Shown one piece after another: positions 37,591 to 49,077 of a DNA stretch of 64,000 nt. The position numbers and the translations under genes are program-made. The notes beneath the pieces are model-generated. The model had not been told where the DNA came from. It saw nothing but the letters and a program-made list of their open reading frames with translations, and made no database searches. Position 1 is the first letter of the stretch. Every line of letters starts with the position of its first letter. The stretch is from the IMG/VR virus record IMGVR_UViG_3300043446_003193, positions 62,001-126,000 of that record; one strand, 5' to 3'.

Positions 37591-39942
37591 TTATATTATT
37601 CTTTTCAAAAATATTGTTGTTCCCGCGCCTGTATAATTACTGTTATATCCTGCTATCTTAAAACGAATTGTATATGAACCACCCGTACCAATACATGAAG
37701 ATTCTACCGAGCTTTGATACATACATACATTTATTGTTAAATTACCACCACCAGAACCATATAAAGTTCTTGGTTGTGCACTTTCTTGACACCATACTAA
37801 ATAATCTGTTACAGCAGCTCCACTATAACCAGTTCCTATTAGTAATCTTCCATAATAAAAATCATAATAGGTAGCTCCTCCTGCATTTGCATTAGCAACA
37901 AGAGCTACTTCATATAAACCAACTCCATTTCTTGTTATTGTATCAAATATTGCTGTTCCTGTTCCAGAACCTGCGGTAAGTGTACTATATCCTGCTCCAA
38001 AGTAAGCAGGAGAATAAAATCCAGCAGATGAATATACTGTTCCGGATACATCTAATTTATATCCAGGACTACTCGTACCCACACCAAGATTACATTGAAC
38101 TATAAAATGTCCCATACAATTACCATATCCAACCCAATGACCGTTAGAATTATATATACCTCCCCTCCTATCACTTCCTTGGTCACCTGCATATGATATA
38201 AATGTACTATAATTACCAGAAGATGTACATACTCTAAAACCCCAATTGGTATCATTATCATTAGTTACTCCCCAATTATAGGTATTTGACATTCCTATAC
38301 AACCATTTACTGTAAGTGTTTTACTGGGTGAAGTACAATTTATACCTACACTTCCACCATTTGGATTCAATATTAAACAATAATTTGTACCTAAACCATC
38401 TGCATTAGTAGATTGTATCCAAGCATAAGTTGGAGAAACATTCATACCAAAATCCATTGTTTCACCATATAGCCCAACAGCAGGTCTTAATCTTAATATA
38501 CCACATTGAGATGTACCAGTTGTAGATGGTATACCTTGACCTGTACCAGTTGCTCCTTGGTTAACCGTTAATCTTTGGGTTGGAGTAGAAGTGCCAATTC
38601 CCATACAACCTCCTTGTATCCAGCTATCTCCATCTGTTCTTAATCTTATATATCCAGCCGCAAATGTACCACTTTCTGTACATCTACCCATATCTAAAAT
38701 AGAATGTCCTTGTGTACCATTACTGATAAAACTAAATAAATTATTGTTTGTAGTAGATGCAATTCTTGCGGATGTTGCGTTTGCTGCTAATACTTTTACT
38801 TGCAATGCACTTGCTGCATCATCAGTTACAGAATTAACTAATATTTTTGATAAACAAGCTCCTCCAGCTGTACATATTCCAGCATCAAATTTTGCAAATG
38901 CAGTACTACCATCAATAGTCATACCGGATACCCAAACTCCCGTATCATTTACTATACCAATTCTAGCATATCTATCTGTTGTAGCATCGCTTCTTCTTAA
39001 TTGAATACCACCACCATATCCTTCATTCCAAATACAGTATGTTGCTAAATTAGCAGGAAATACTAAATTACCTGATGACCTTATACCACTAGTTCCTGCG
39101 GCAATTCCCAATCCACAGACACTATTAGCAAAACACGCAGTTCCACTTCCTTTCAAATTTGCATTTACACAAACCGTAGTTCCATCATCAATTATGCAAC
39201 TATCATAGAGATGATCACCACCTCCACTCTTTGCAACATAGTTACAAGTTAAAGTGGTTTCGGTTCCTAAAGTTGCTGCTCTTGGACCGCTCATTAATAC
39301 TCCACCAGAATATCCTACTCCACTTGGGTTAGAATATATCCATCTGTTACATGTACTATCCCATAACATACTTCCAGTTACTCCATTTGCACTTCCACTA
39401 TCTTGTACGCTAATTCCGCCATATCTTACAGCGGGATTTGCAGTGTTTAAGTTTACAACATTAGTTCCGATTGAAACGGATGATGCCGAAATGTATTGGA
39501 TAGATGAGCTACCTTGAACTATAAAGTCACCTGCTATCCAAGTTGTACCGGATATAATCTGATTACCATAAAATGTATTTGAACCAGTACTTGCTAAAGA
39601 ACCGGTCTTATTTTCTAGTTCTGTCAGACGAGTATTTGCAGAAGTAGTAAAAGTATTAGTTGTATAAATAGAACTACTAAACGATTCCAATGAGGTTATT
39701 CTTGCAATGTTTGAAGCAGTAACGGTTTCAATTGAACTTACTCTATTATTTACCGAAGAACTAAATGTTGCAGTGTTACCAATGCCAAAAACGGAACCAG
39801 TAAATGATCCAGTAATAGAAGTAGCAACAACACTTCCACTTGTTTGAATTGAAGAGGACGGTGATGATGTTAAACTTACATTATTATTTACGTCGTAAGA
39901 TATTACATTTACTAAACCAGATTGTTGTCTATTTTTTCCCAT
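37591..39942 (-). CDS. Tail fibre-like protein (shared module, Cys-rich)
   Basis: Ser/Thr/Gly-rich, GIGTxTP beta-repeat motifs, shared TGSLASTGSNTF module. Confidence 0.7.
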   Translation of the reverse strand: MGKNRQQSGLVNVISYDVNNNVSLTSSPSSSIQTSGSVVATSITGSFTGSVFGIGNTATFSSSVNNRVSSIETVTASNIARITSLESFSSSIYTTNTFTTSANTRLTELENKTGSLASTGSNTFYGNQIISGTTWIAGDFIVQGSSSIQYISASSVSIGTNVVNLNTANPAVRYGGISVQDSGSANGVTGSMLWDSTCNRWIYSNPSGVGYSGGVLMSGPRAATLGTETTLTCNYVAKSGGGDHLYDSCIIDDGTTVCVNANLKGSGTACFANSVCGLGIAAGTSGIRSSGNLVFPANLATYCIWNEGYGGGIQLRRSDATTDRYARIGIVNDTGVWVSGMTIDGSTAFAKFDAGICTAGGACLSKILVNSVTDDAASALQVKVLAANATSARIASTTNNNLFSFISNGTQGHSILDMGRCTESGTFAAGYIRLRTDGDSWIQGGCMGIGTSTPTQRLTVNQGATGTGQGIPSTTGTSQCGILRLRPAVGLYGETMDFGMNVSPTYAWIQSTNADGLGTNYCLILNPNGGSVGINCTSPSKTLTVNGCIGMSNTYNWGVTNDNDTNWGFRVCTSSGNYSTFISYAGDQGSDRRGGIYNSNGHWVGYGNCMGHFIVQCNLGVGTSSPGYKLDVSGTVYSSAGFYSPAYFGAGYSTLTAGSGTGTAIFDTITRNGVGLYEVALVANANAGGATYYDFYYGRLLIGTGYSGAAVTDYLVWCQESAQPRTLYGSGGGNLTINVCMYQSSVESSCIGTGGSYTIRFKIAGYNSNYTGAGTTIFLKRII

Positions 39943-39954
39943 TTTTGTTTTTTA

Positions 39955-42276
39955 TTATACTCTATTTAATTGCCAAATATATCCCGCTGAACCAGCATAT
40001 GTTGTACCTAATGCTTGGGTTGGTCTAGATGAATCTAACACTTTAATTCTATATGCTTGGAATGGAACATCATTTGTATACCAGAAAGTAAATATTGTAC
40101 CATCCGTACATCCACTTGCATTTCCACCCATATTCTGACAGTTATTACTATTACTACATAGAAATGCCAAAGAAGTCCAAGTACCATTAGTTGCAAATCC
40201 CGATGCATTTCCCGAATTATTTGAACCTTGTAATTCAAAATATCCCCAAGAGTTAGCATGTATCCATACTTTTAATTGATTTACTGCTCTTGCTGCACCT
40301 AAATTAACTGCCCAATAACCAGGAAAATCGGTTATACCACAATGTCCTCCGTGTGTTGCAAATTGATAACTCGTATTAGAAGTAGGCATTGAAGGTGTAG
40401 CGGGTCCATATATAGTAATACATGCTGAACCCTGTCCTTGTAATCCTAATGTTCCAGCTGCTCTATAAACATCATGACACATTGAAAGATTATTAAAACA
40501 AAAGCCGGTTGCCAAATCTCCACTTCCCATTTGTACCCAAGTACTTCCGTTATAAAATTCCATTAAATTATATGATGTATTATATCTCATCATTCCGGTA
40601 CATGCCGATGGTCTTTGAGCAGTTGTTCCATTATTTGGTAAAAATCCTCCAGTACCTCCAAATGAAATATTTCCTGTTGCATTTGCTCCTATTAATTGTA
40701 TATAACAACTACCATCTGAACGATATGAGTCTAGTCTAAAAGTTGGATTTGTACTTGAATTAGGTCCTAATACACCAATTCTCGCACCGCCACTATAATA
40801 ATCTAAGTATACTTCCGATGCTTTTGATGTTTGTGCTGTTCCTGTAACGTGTATAGCTCCATTAACTTCTAATTTATCTATTGGTGATGTTGTGCCTATA
40901 CCAACATATCCACTACAATTAATGTACATTCTTTCAGTACACGTACTTCCTGCAAAAAATCCAATATTATTATTTCCGTTAGGACCACAAGATACCAATG
41001 CCAATTGTCCACTTGAACCGGCACCATAATCAACGGTCATACCAAAGAATTCATTTGCTGTTTTAAATGAATAAATTTTAGCTGCACATGCATATCCTTT
41101 ACTACTATTGAAGAAATCAATACCACCATATCCACAATCGGATGTACGATAATTTGAATAAGGAATTATACTACATGCTATTCTTAAAGTTGTAATAGTT
41201 GAATCCGTAGATATTATATTAGGTGTACATACCTGACAACCAATAGTAATAATACCAGTTTGCCATATTTTCAATCTTTCATTATATGTTCCACCACCTT
41301 CGCCATTATAAAATCCAATAGATTGACCAAGATCAGATTGTATTATTGAATATCCACCAGAACCTTTACAAACCGTTAATCCAAATGTTACTTCATCGGA
41401 TACTCTTAAAGAAGTTGCTGTAAGTGATGGTGAACATATTCTTCCACCAAAACATGCAGTTCCTGTTCCTACCAAATTATTTTTAATACAAGTAGTAGTT
41501 CCATTATCTATAATACATGAATCATATAAATGAAAACCACTTTGTACTTTTGGTATTGAATTTGTTGTTAAACGAGTCTCATTACCAACACTATCGTATG
41601 TTTCTGGACCAGTAATGACCGTTGATGAAGTTACCGCTACATTTCCTTGATGTATGAATATCCATTCATTATCGGTTGAATCAAAATAAAGTGAACCACT
41701 TTTACCACTTGCACTACCACTATCTATTGCCGAAATACCTGCAAATCTTACTGCAGGATTTGCCGTATTTAAGTTTACAACATTTGTCCCAATTGAAACG
41801 GAAGATGCTGAGATATATTGGATTGAAGAACTTCCTTGCACAACCAAATCATTTGCAACAAAAACACTTCCAGAAAATATTTGAGTTCCAATAAAGGTGT
41901 TTGAACCAGTGCTTGCTAATGAGCCAGTTTTATTTTCTAAAGATGATAATCTACTTAAATTTGATGCCGAAACCGTTTCTATTGAATTTAATCTTGCAGA
42001 AGTAGATGATGTAAATGTTTCTATACTACCAATTCTTGCAATGTTTGAAGCAGTAACTTCATGTATACTAACTAAGTCGGACGATATAGATGAAGAAAAA
42101 CTTACAACATTACCAATACCATATACAGATCCAGTAAATGAACCAGTAATAGAAATCGCTTCAATACTACCACTTAATTCCAAAGATGAAGATACAGAAC
42201 TTCCGATAATAAGATTATTATTATTATCAAATTGTATTTGTGTTGCTAATTTACCTGTATTCCTTGTTTTTCCCAT
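39955..42276 (-). CDS. Tail fibre-like protein (shared module, Cys-rich, discoidin-like C-terminus)
   Basis: Shared module; C-terminal WAVNLG...LQGSN...AYRIKV resembles an F5/8-type fold. Confidence 0.7.
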   Translation of the reverse strand: MGKTRNTGKLATQIQFDNNNNLIIGSSVSSSLELSGSIEAISITGSFTGSVYGIGNVVSFSSSISSDLVSIHEVTASNIARIGSIETFTSSTSARLNSIETVSASNLSRLSSLENKTGSLASTGSNTFIGTQIFSGSVFVANDLVVQGSSSIQYISASSVSIGTNVVNLNTANPAVRFAGISAIDSGSASGKSGSLYFDSTDNEWIFIHQGNVAVTSSTVITGPETYDSVGNETRLTTNSIPKVQSGFHLYDSCIIDNGTTTCIKNNLVGTGTACFGGRICSPSLTATSLRVSDEVTFGLTVCKGSGGYSIIQSDLGQSIGFYNGEGGGTYNERLKIWQTGIITIGCQVCTPNIISTDSTITTLRIACSIIPYSNYRTSDCGYGGIDFFNSSKGYACAAKIYSFKTANEFFGMTVDYGAGSSGQLALVSCGPNGNNNIGFFAGSTCTERMYINCSGYVGIGTTSPIDKLEVNGAIHVTGTAQTSKASEVYLDYYSGGARIGVLGPNSSTNPTFRLDSYRSDGSCYIQLIGANATGNISFGGTGGFLPNNGTTAQRPSACTGMMRYNTSYNLMEFYNGSTWVQMGSGDLATGFCFNNLSMCHDVYRAAGTLGLQGQGSACITIYGPATPSMPTSNTSYQFATHGGHCGITDFPGYWAVNLGAARAVNQLKVWIHANSWGYFELQGSNNSGNASGFATNGTWTSLAFLCSNSNNCQNMGGNASGCTDGTIFTFWYTNDVPFQAYRIKVLDSSRPTQALGTTYAGSAGYIWQLNRV

Positions 42277-42291
42277 TTTTTATAAATATTT

Positions 42292-45200
42292 TTATTGTGC
42301 TATCTCCATTATTGTCCAAGTAAAATTTCCAACAGTAGCTGCATCAAATCCTGCAGATGCGTAATACGGATTCCACTCATAATAAGCTCCACTACTTCCG
42401 GTTGTTCCAATTCTAAATATAATTGTTTTTGTTGTTGTTCCCCAAGAATTAGCCGTACCATTTAATGAAATAATACCACCATTTTGTCCATTAGGACCAA
42501 AATTATATAAATATTGACCAGATTTAACCAAAATTGTACCATCAGTATGATTTGCAGCCCATAAATAAAAATGATCAGATACATTTGATCTTTCCCACAT
42601 AACAACACTATTTGTCATTATTAATATTTTTGATGTTGCTGATTTTGGTGTAAATGTTGTTTGTGCTATGTTTAATCCCTGATTATATGCCGGTGTACTA
42701 CCCCCTGCTTCATTTGTTCCCATGCTTGAACCAGTACCTTGTGCTCCGGATGAAACTGTTGCGTTTCCTGTTACAACTTGAATTGGTGTTCCAGGTGCGA
42801 ATATATTACAAGTAAAATTAGCAAAACCACTTTTATCAATAGTAACTACTTTACCGGCTCCAGTATACATTGCAATATACGCACAACTACAATTGGTATA
42901 TGGTACTTGGAATTCATTAATATTATGATTATATGCAATTGCACCCACATTTGTATTATTTCTAGCAAAATTTATTGAACTATATGAACACCCTGCTGCT
43001 ACATCTATTTTAACCTGATTATCATTTAATCCCAAAATATGAAGAGTACTTCCAGGAGTTGTTGTACCAATTCCCACTCTTCCACCACTAGAACCATTTA
43101 AAATCAAACAAGATGCTTCAATTGCTAATTTTTTATATTCATTATCACCATAATTATCTATATAAGAAGCGTTACCCGCTGATTGAAAATATAATCTAGA
43201 GTTACCCACATCATTTGTACCACCTAATCTTATTGAAGCCGTGCAAGATGAACCAGTATTTAATATTTGTAAATCACACATACATACTCTACCATAAAAT
43301 TTAGCAATACCATCATTAAATACCCTAAATAAAGCAGCAGTATCTTCATAATTATTTAATCCCCAAGCTCCACCATTTGCAGTGGTTCCTGCATTATGAA
43401 AAACAATTTGATTATTACCTGCATAAAATAGTCTTGAAAAAGTACTATTGTTAGATTTTACAAATACAGTATCTCTATTACAACCATCTATATAAAGTTG
43501 ACAAGATAGTGTAACTGCTCCAGTATTTGCAATTGATATTCTATTATTATTTGCGGTTTGTAATGCTAATGCTGCCTGGCTATTTATTAATATATTTCCG
43601 GTAGAATTTGATGCTTCCATTCCACCTAATTGAGTAATTCCATTATAAAAATAAACACCAGAATAGCCAGTTGTGCAGCCATTATTTATTGAAATTGCGG
43701 GATATTGTCCTGCTCCAGTACATGCATTGTTATTACATATTTCCAATTGGAATCTAGGAGTACATGTACCCATACCCACTTTACCACTACTACTAATAAA
43801 TAAATCAGGAGTAACACCAGCATCTTGTGTACTAAATTGTAAATTTCTACCAATACCCGATGATGTTGTTGTTGACTTAAATCTATTATAATTTGGTAAC
43901 GAACCATCAAAGAAAAAACTACCACTATCATCCATTACTTGGAATTTTCCAGCTGGTGAATTTGTATTAATACCTACACTTCCACTCATTTCCCAAATAC
44001 AACTATCATATAAATGGTCACCACCTCCAGACTTTGCTACATAATTACAGGTGAGTGTTGTTTCCGTACCAAAAGTTGCTGCTCTTGGTCCGCTCATCAA
44101 CACACCACCACTATAACCAACACCTGAAGGATTAGAATATATCCAACGATTACAAGTACTATCCCATAATAAACTTCCGGTTACACCATTTGCACTTCCG
44201 CTATCTTGTACACTTATACCTGCATATCTAACGGAAGGGTTTGCAGTGTTTAGGTTTACTATGTTTGTTCCAATACTTACTGAACTTGCTGAAATATATT
44301 GAATAGATGAAGAACCTTGTACTATAAAATCTCCAGCTATCCAAGTTGTACCAGATATGATTTGTGTGCCATAGAATGTGTTACTTCCAGTACTTGCTAA
44401 ACTTCCTGTTTTATTTTCTAAAGAATTTAGTCTTGAAGTTGCCGAAGAAGTAAATGTATTAGTAGCCGAATTACTTGCTGTAAATGAATTAAGTGATGAA
44501 AGTATTCCTATTACTTGAGCAGAAGATGAAACTGTGCCTACCGGTAAAGAATTAACTAAATTGATACTTCCACTATTAAGAGTGTCCGTTGTAACTATAC
44601 TTTGTGCAGTAATTGTATTTGTAACTTGTCCTTGTGGGTTTACTAAATAAATTGAACCACTTCCAACATATATGTGTCGGAACGGTTTATCAGTAGTACC
44701 TAAATCATATGCACCACTTACTGCAGGGATAATACTTCCACCAGCAATTATAGATGAACCACTTATAGAAATTACACTACTACCACTAATTCCACTTTGA
44801 GAACTAAAATATGCAAATTGTCCGGCTTCTCCACCACCACCAATACCACTAAACGCACCAATTTGGTTATTATATACAAAAATATCTATCACTTCTCCAC
44901 CAGTCGCAGCTTCTGTTAATATAATTGATGTTCCGTTATTTGCAGTATATTCTTCACTCGCCAAATGAGAACCATTGAAATATACATCAATAAGTCCAGG
45001 TGTATAATCTACTAAAAATGTAGTTTGTGATGCCGATGCTGTAAATGATGTTTTTGTTCTTAATGCGTTTTGTTCAACACCACTAACTGGTCTAAATGTT
45101 ACCAATTCAACAATATCTCCCGTTTGGTTTGAACCAGTTGTTAGAGTTATTGTACTTCCATTGATATCACTAAATTCAGTTGAATCTAATTTTGTACCAT

Positions 45201-45594
45201 TATAATAAACTTGTACTAAACCAGTTAAATATCCGTATGATGAATTGAATACAGTTTGTCCGGCAGTTGCAACAAATCTTTCAGTATTTAAGATTGCATT
45301 ACTTCCACTTATTGCTATTAGTTGTCCACCACTTATCGCAGCAACATAATTTACACCACTCCCACTTAAGTCCGAAACAAATAATGAACCAGTGATTGTA
45401 GTTGTTGTATTAATATTAAATCCACCGGTGCTTGAAATTGATGCTGTATATGAACCTGTACCGATTTGAGATGGGTTCAATCCTTCAATTCTACTAACAA
45501 TTGATGCACTTAATGCGGACAATTCTGATGCTGATATTACATTTTCTCCGTTAATTGAAAGTGAACCAGTGACTCTTAGGTTATGTTGTCTCAT
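42292..45594 (-). CDS. Large tail fibre-like protein
   Basis: Two TAGQTVF/SASQTTF...NG repeats, shared module, GIGTTTP repeats. Confidence 0.7.
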   Translation of the reverse strand: MRQHNLRVTGSLSINGENVISASELSALSASIVSRIEGLNPSQIGTGSYTASISSTGGFNINTTTTITGSLFVSDLSGSGVNYVAAISGGQLIAISGSNAILNTERFVATAGQTVFNSSYGYLTGLVQVYYNGTKLDSTEFSDINGSTITLTTGSNQTGDIVELVTFRPVSGVEQNALRTKTSFTASASQTTFLVDYTPGLIDVYFNGSHLASEEYTANNGTSIILTEAATGGEVIDIFVYNNQIGAFSGIGGGGEAGQFAYFSSQSGISGSSVISISGSSIIAGGSIIPAVSGAYDLGTTDKPFRHIYVGSGSIYLVNPQGQVTNTITAQSIVTTDTLNSGSINLVNSLPVGTVSSSAQVIGILSSLNSFTASNSATNTFTSSATSRLNSLENKTGSLASTGSNTFYGTQIISGTTWIAGDFIVQGSSSIQYISASSVSIGTNIVNLNTANPSVRYAGISVQDSGSANGVTGSLLWDSTCNRWIYSNPSGVGYSGGVLMSGPRAATFGTETTLTCNYVAKSGGGDHLYDSCIWEMSGSVGINTNSPAGKFQVMDDSGSFFFDGSLPNYNRFKSTTTSSGIGRNLQFSTQDAGVTPDLFISSSGKVGMGTCTPRFQLEICNNNACTGAGQYPAISINNGCTTGYSGVYFYNGITQLGGMEASNSTGNILINSQAALALQTANNNRISIANTGAVTLSCQLYIDGCNRDTVFVKSNNSTFSRLFYAGNNQIVFHNAGTTANGGAWGLNNYEDTAALFRVFNDGIAKFYGRVCMCDLQILNTGSSCTASIRLGGTNDVGNSRLYFQSAGNASYIDNYGDNEYKKLAIEASCLILNGSSGGRVGIGTTTPGSTLHILGLNDNQVKIDVAAGCSYSSINFARNNTNVGAIAYNHNINEFQVPYTNCSCAYIAMYTGAGKVVTIDKSGFANFTCNIFAPGTPIQVVTGNATVSSGAQGTGSSMGTNEAGGSTPAYNQGLNIAQTTFTPKSATSKILIMTNSVVMWERSNVSDHFYLWAANHTDGTILVKSGQYLYNFGPNGQNGGIISLNGTANSWGTTTKTIIFRIGTTGSSGAYYEWNPYYASAGFDAATVGNFTWTIMEIAQ

Positions 45595-45655
45595 TCGTAG
45601 TTATTCTCTGTTTAATTAATACTACATATAAGTATTTAATTTCTTCCGAATTGAG

Positions 45656-45817
45656 TTAAGGAATATAAATGTGTGCAGTATCTTCGTTTATATTACTAAA
45701 ATGTATTGGTGAAGATATTTTTACACCATTACTTAAATTTAATATTAGGTATGTCAAAGTAATTGCTGCTAAAATTTTAATCAATTCTAAACTACTTTTG
45801 AATTCTATTGTTTTCAT
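45656..45817 (-). CDS. Small hydrophobic hypothetical protein (53 aa)
   Basis: ATG 11 nt after the upstream stop; one hydrophobic stretch (LIKILAAITLTYLILNL). Confidence 0.4.
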   Translation of the reverse strand: MKTIEFKSSLELIKILAAITLTYLILNLSNGVKISSPIHFSNINEDTAHIYIP

Positions 45818-45827
45818 ATTATTATTT

Positions 45828-46679
45828 TTAATATCCAAATCTTGCTTTTGTTACATTATAATTATTTAATATCTCTGCATCGGATAATGCTCTATTATAT
45901 ATAAAATATGTAGCAATTGCACCATTATTAAATTCACCAGGAGTGTTATCTGCTTTAGTGTGTGCACCAATTAAATATGTTTTATTTGGTTTGTTTTGTA
46001 CTCCCGATTTAGATGTACTTGTATATAGTGAACCATTTATGTACATTTTTTGTGTAGTTCCATCAAATGTTTGTGCCAAATTATACCACGTATTATATGA
46101 ATATGTAGAATGTAAATCACTATTTGATGTACCACCACCTGTTGTAATTCTTGTACTCATATATCCAATTGCAAGTCCGTTTAGATAAATTTCAACACCT
46201 TGATATACTGAACTTTCATATCCAGTACCACCTAATATCATTACTTTTTCAGAATATGTATTATTATTAAACCAAATTTGAGTTGTGGAATAATCCGTTG
46301 CAGGTGAAGAAGATAAACTCATATATCCTCCACCTAAATAAGATGCAGCAGGTGCGTATGTTCCAGTAAATTGATAATATCTAATATTACCGGAAGTTTG
46401 AATTACAGGATTTGATCCACCATTATATGAATTTGGTAATGCATAATATCCAGTATTTAATAAATTATACCAAGCACTATTATTTGCATATGTTGCATTT
46501 TTTGCATCCAAATACCAAGTCATTCCACTAGTTACTACACCGGTACCATAAAATTCACTCATTCCATCAGGTGTTGATTTTCCCATCGTATTACTTAAAG
46601 ACCTCAACGAATATGAAGGACTCCCTAATTCCGAAGCTATTTGACCGATTGATATACATCCGCTACTTTGTAATGCCAT
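45828..46679 (-). CDS. Concanavalin A/LamG-like lectin-domain virion protein
   Basis: LDAKN...WYNLAQTFDG...MYING...YNRALSDAEILNNY LamG pattern. Confidence 0.8.
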   Translation of the reverse strand: MALQSSGCISIGQIASELGSPSYSLRSLSNTMGKSTPDGMSEFYGTGVVTSGMTWYLDAKNATYANNSAWYNLLNTGYYALPNSYNGGSNPVIQTSGNIRYYQFTGTYAPAASYLGGGYMSLSSSPATDYSTTQIWFNNNTYSEKVMILGGTGYESSVYQGVEIYLNGLAIGYMSTRITTGGGTSNSDLHSTYSYNTWYNLAQTFDGTTQKMYINGSLYTSTSKSGVQNKPNKTYLIGAHTKADNTPGEFNNGAIATYFIYNRALSDAEILNNYNVTKARFGY

Positions 46680-49033
46680 TATAATCCTTTTGGTTTTTTA
46701 AGATTTTCTACTTCTATTGTAAGATTATCTATTTTAATTTGTTGTTCTTTAATTGCTTCTACCAATAATGCCGTCATATTTCCATAAGATACTCCATATC
46801 TATCTTGTTCTTTGTTATATGTTACTACTTCTGGAACTACATTTTGAACTTCTTGTGCTATGAAACCAATCTTAGTTGATTTATCTTCCAAATCAGTTCT
46901 ATTATACGAAACACCTCTCAATCTTAATACTTTATCTAATGGGTCGGTTATTGTTACTATATTTTCTTTAATTCTTCTATCGGAATATGCTACAACATCT
47001 CCAGATGCAGTTGCTGTACCACCACTACTTACACTAAATAATACTACCGTCCAAGCGTAGTCCACAACTTCAAAACTTCTAGAAGATGAACTATTACCAC
47101 CCAGTTGAACAGTCATTGTACCTTGGTTTCTATCGGATGCCCTACCTATCCACGCTTCACCTGTATTTGTTGTGCTATTTGGAAAAGTTCCCAAAGTAAT
47201 TTTTCCAGAGAATGATGAATATCCAGCACTTGTAATATTAAAAAATGCCGTATCATCTCTTCCAATTGAGTATTTATCCGTACCTTGTGCATTTGCACCT
47301 ACACCCATATCCCAATAATGATTTGCTGCACCATCCGATGCCATTCTTACTTTTGCTCCCGTATTTGTACCAGTAAATCCATTAACACCATTTGCAACAT
47401 AAGAAATGTGTGGATTTATATGCATTACCCATCTATCTTGATGACTACCATAAAGTGTTGGATATGTCGTACTACCTGCCCAACTGGCTTGAATATTTCC
47501 CAATGTTGCGGTATATGACCCACCATTTATTGCAGTTACTGCTCCAGTTGAAGTTACTGATCCAAATGTTGGACCAGAAGTTGTTAGTAATGCCTGATTG
47601 ATATATGTTCCAAATCCAGATGTAGATGATAATGTAATTTGCCCACTACCACTAACTACCGTTTCTGCATTCAATTTTGTTTTTACTCTTGCATCGGTAT
47701 AATATAAGTTGGTGTTTTCTGATAAATTTGCAGTAGTAAATCCACTTAAAGATATTTGAGATGAACCTGAAACAATTCCAGCAGGTATTGAACTTAATGA
47801 TGAATAAATAACTTGCCCACTACCACTTACAACACCGGAAGGTAATTGAGCACTTCCACTCCATACACCTGCCAAATTTGTTGCAGTTATAGTTGATGAT
47901 ACTTTTAAACTACCAGTTATTTCAGTATTTAATTTTAATCCAATAGTTGTACCATCATCATAAATTGCAGATGAAGAAATATGATCATCACCAACTGCTT
48001 TGACAATATAATTGTTAACTAATCCTAATTCGCTACCTAAAGTTTGTGATTGTGGTCCTGCTATAAATTTTGCAGATGTATATCCACTTCCACTTGGATT
48101 TTGATACAACCAGTTATTATTGGTTGAATCCCAAAGTATTGAACCAGTAAGACCGGTACTACCACTATCTATTACACTTATACCCGCATAACGAACTGCA
48201 GGATTTGCAGTATTTAGAACTACTTTATTTGTTCCAATATTAACCGAACTACCTGTAATATTTTGAATTGATGAACTTCCTTGTACAATTAAATCGGTAG
48301 TAATATATAATGAACCACTAAATACTTGAGTACCAATAAATGTGTTTGAACCCGTTGTTGCTAGCGAACCAGTTTTATTTTCTAAGTTTGTAAGACGAGT
48401 ATTTTGAGTTGTATTTAAATTATCTACCGATGCAGATGTGGTTTCTAATGCACTTAATCTTGCATTTTGAGTAGTATTTGTAGTGTCTACTGATGCCGAT
48501 TTTGTTTCTAATGCATTTATTCTAGCTGTATTTGATGATGTTATAGTTTCAATACTACCTAATCTTGCAGAAGTAGATGAAGTAAATGTATTTATTGCTC
48601 CTACCGAAACATTTACACTTGCTGATGTTGTTTGTAAAGAAGATAATACTGTATTTGTAGAAGATGTATAAGAATTAAATGATGCTGATGTTGCGTAATC
48701 ACTTACTTGTCCTACCGAAGATGATTGTGCAATATTTTGTGTTACTGATCCGGTACTGTCTACAAATGCAATAGAAGATGTGGTAATTACAACACTACCA
48801 ATTTGAATACCACCACCTGGAGCAGAACTTATTGTTGATTTTACACTACCACTATCTACAAAATTAATTGAACCGGTAGATACATAAATTTCTTTAAAGT
48901 ATTTATCAACACTTCCTAAATTACGAATGTTATTAGTATCTGGAATAATGTTACCACTTACTATTATATTTTGAAAAGAAGAACTGGCATTTACCGTTAG
49001 TGATCCGGTTATTTGAGCATCATTTATTAACAT
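46679..49033 (-). CDS. Tail fibre with C-terminal intramolecular chaperone (peptidase S74-like)
   Basis: YSDRRIKENI...GFIAQEV...LLVEAIKEQQ; shared module; no Cys seen. Confidence 0.85.
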   Translation of the reverse strand: MLINDAQITGSLTVNASSSFQNIIVSGNIIPDTNNIRNLGSVDKYFKEIYVSTGSINFVDSGSVKSTISSAPGGGIQIGSVVITTSSIAFVDSTGSVTQNIAQSSSVGQVSDYATSASFNSYTSSTNTVLSSLQTTSASVNVSVGAINTFTSSTSARLGSIETITSSNTARINALETKSASVDTTNTTQNARLSALETTSASVDNLNTTQNTRLTNLENKTGSLATTGSNTFIGTQVFSGSLYITTDLIVQGSSSIQNITGSSVNIGTNKVVLNTANPAVRYAGISVIDSGSTGLTGSILWDSTNNNWLYQNPSGSGYTSAKFIAGPQSQTLGSELGLVNNYIVKAVGDDHISSSAIYDDGTTIGLKLNTEITGSLKVSSTITATNLAGVWSGSAQLPSGVVSGSGQVIYSSLSSIPAGIVSGSSQISLSGFTTANLSENTNLYYTDARVKTKLNAETVVSGSGQITLSSTSGFGTYINQALLTTSGPTFGSVTSTGAVTAINGGSYTATLGNIQASWAGSTTYPTLYGSHQDRWVMHINPHISYVANGVNGFTGTNTGAKVRMASDGAANHYWDMGVGANAQGTDKYSIGRDDTAFFNITSAGYSSFSGKITLGTFPNSTTNTGEAWIGRASDRNQGTMTVQLGGNSSSSRSFEVVDYAWTVVLFSVSSGGTATASGDVVAYSDRRIKENIVTITDPLDKVLRLRGVSYNRTDLEDKSTKIGFIAQEVQNVVPEVVTYNKEQDRYGVSYGNMTALLVEAIKEQQIKIDNLTIEVENLKKPKGL

Positions 49034-49077
49034 CTATATTCTGTTTTTGAATATAAATATCAATTTTTACTATTAAA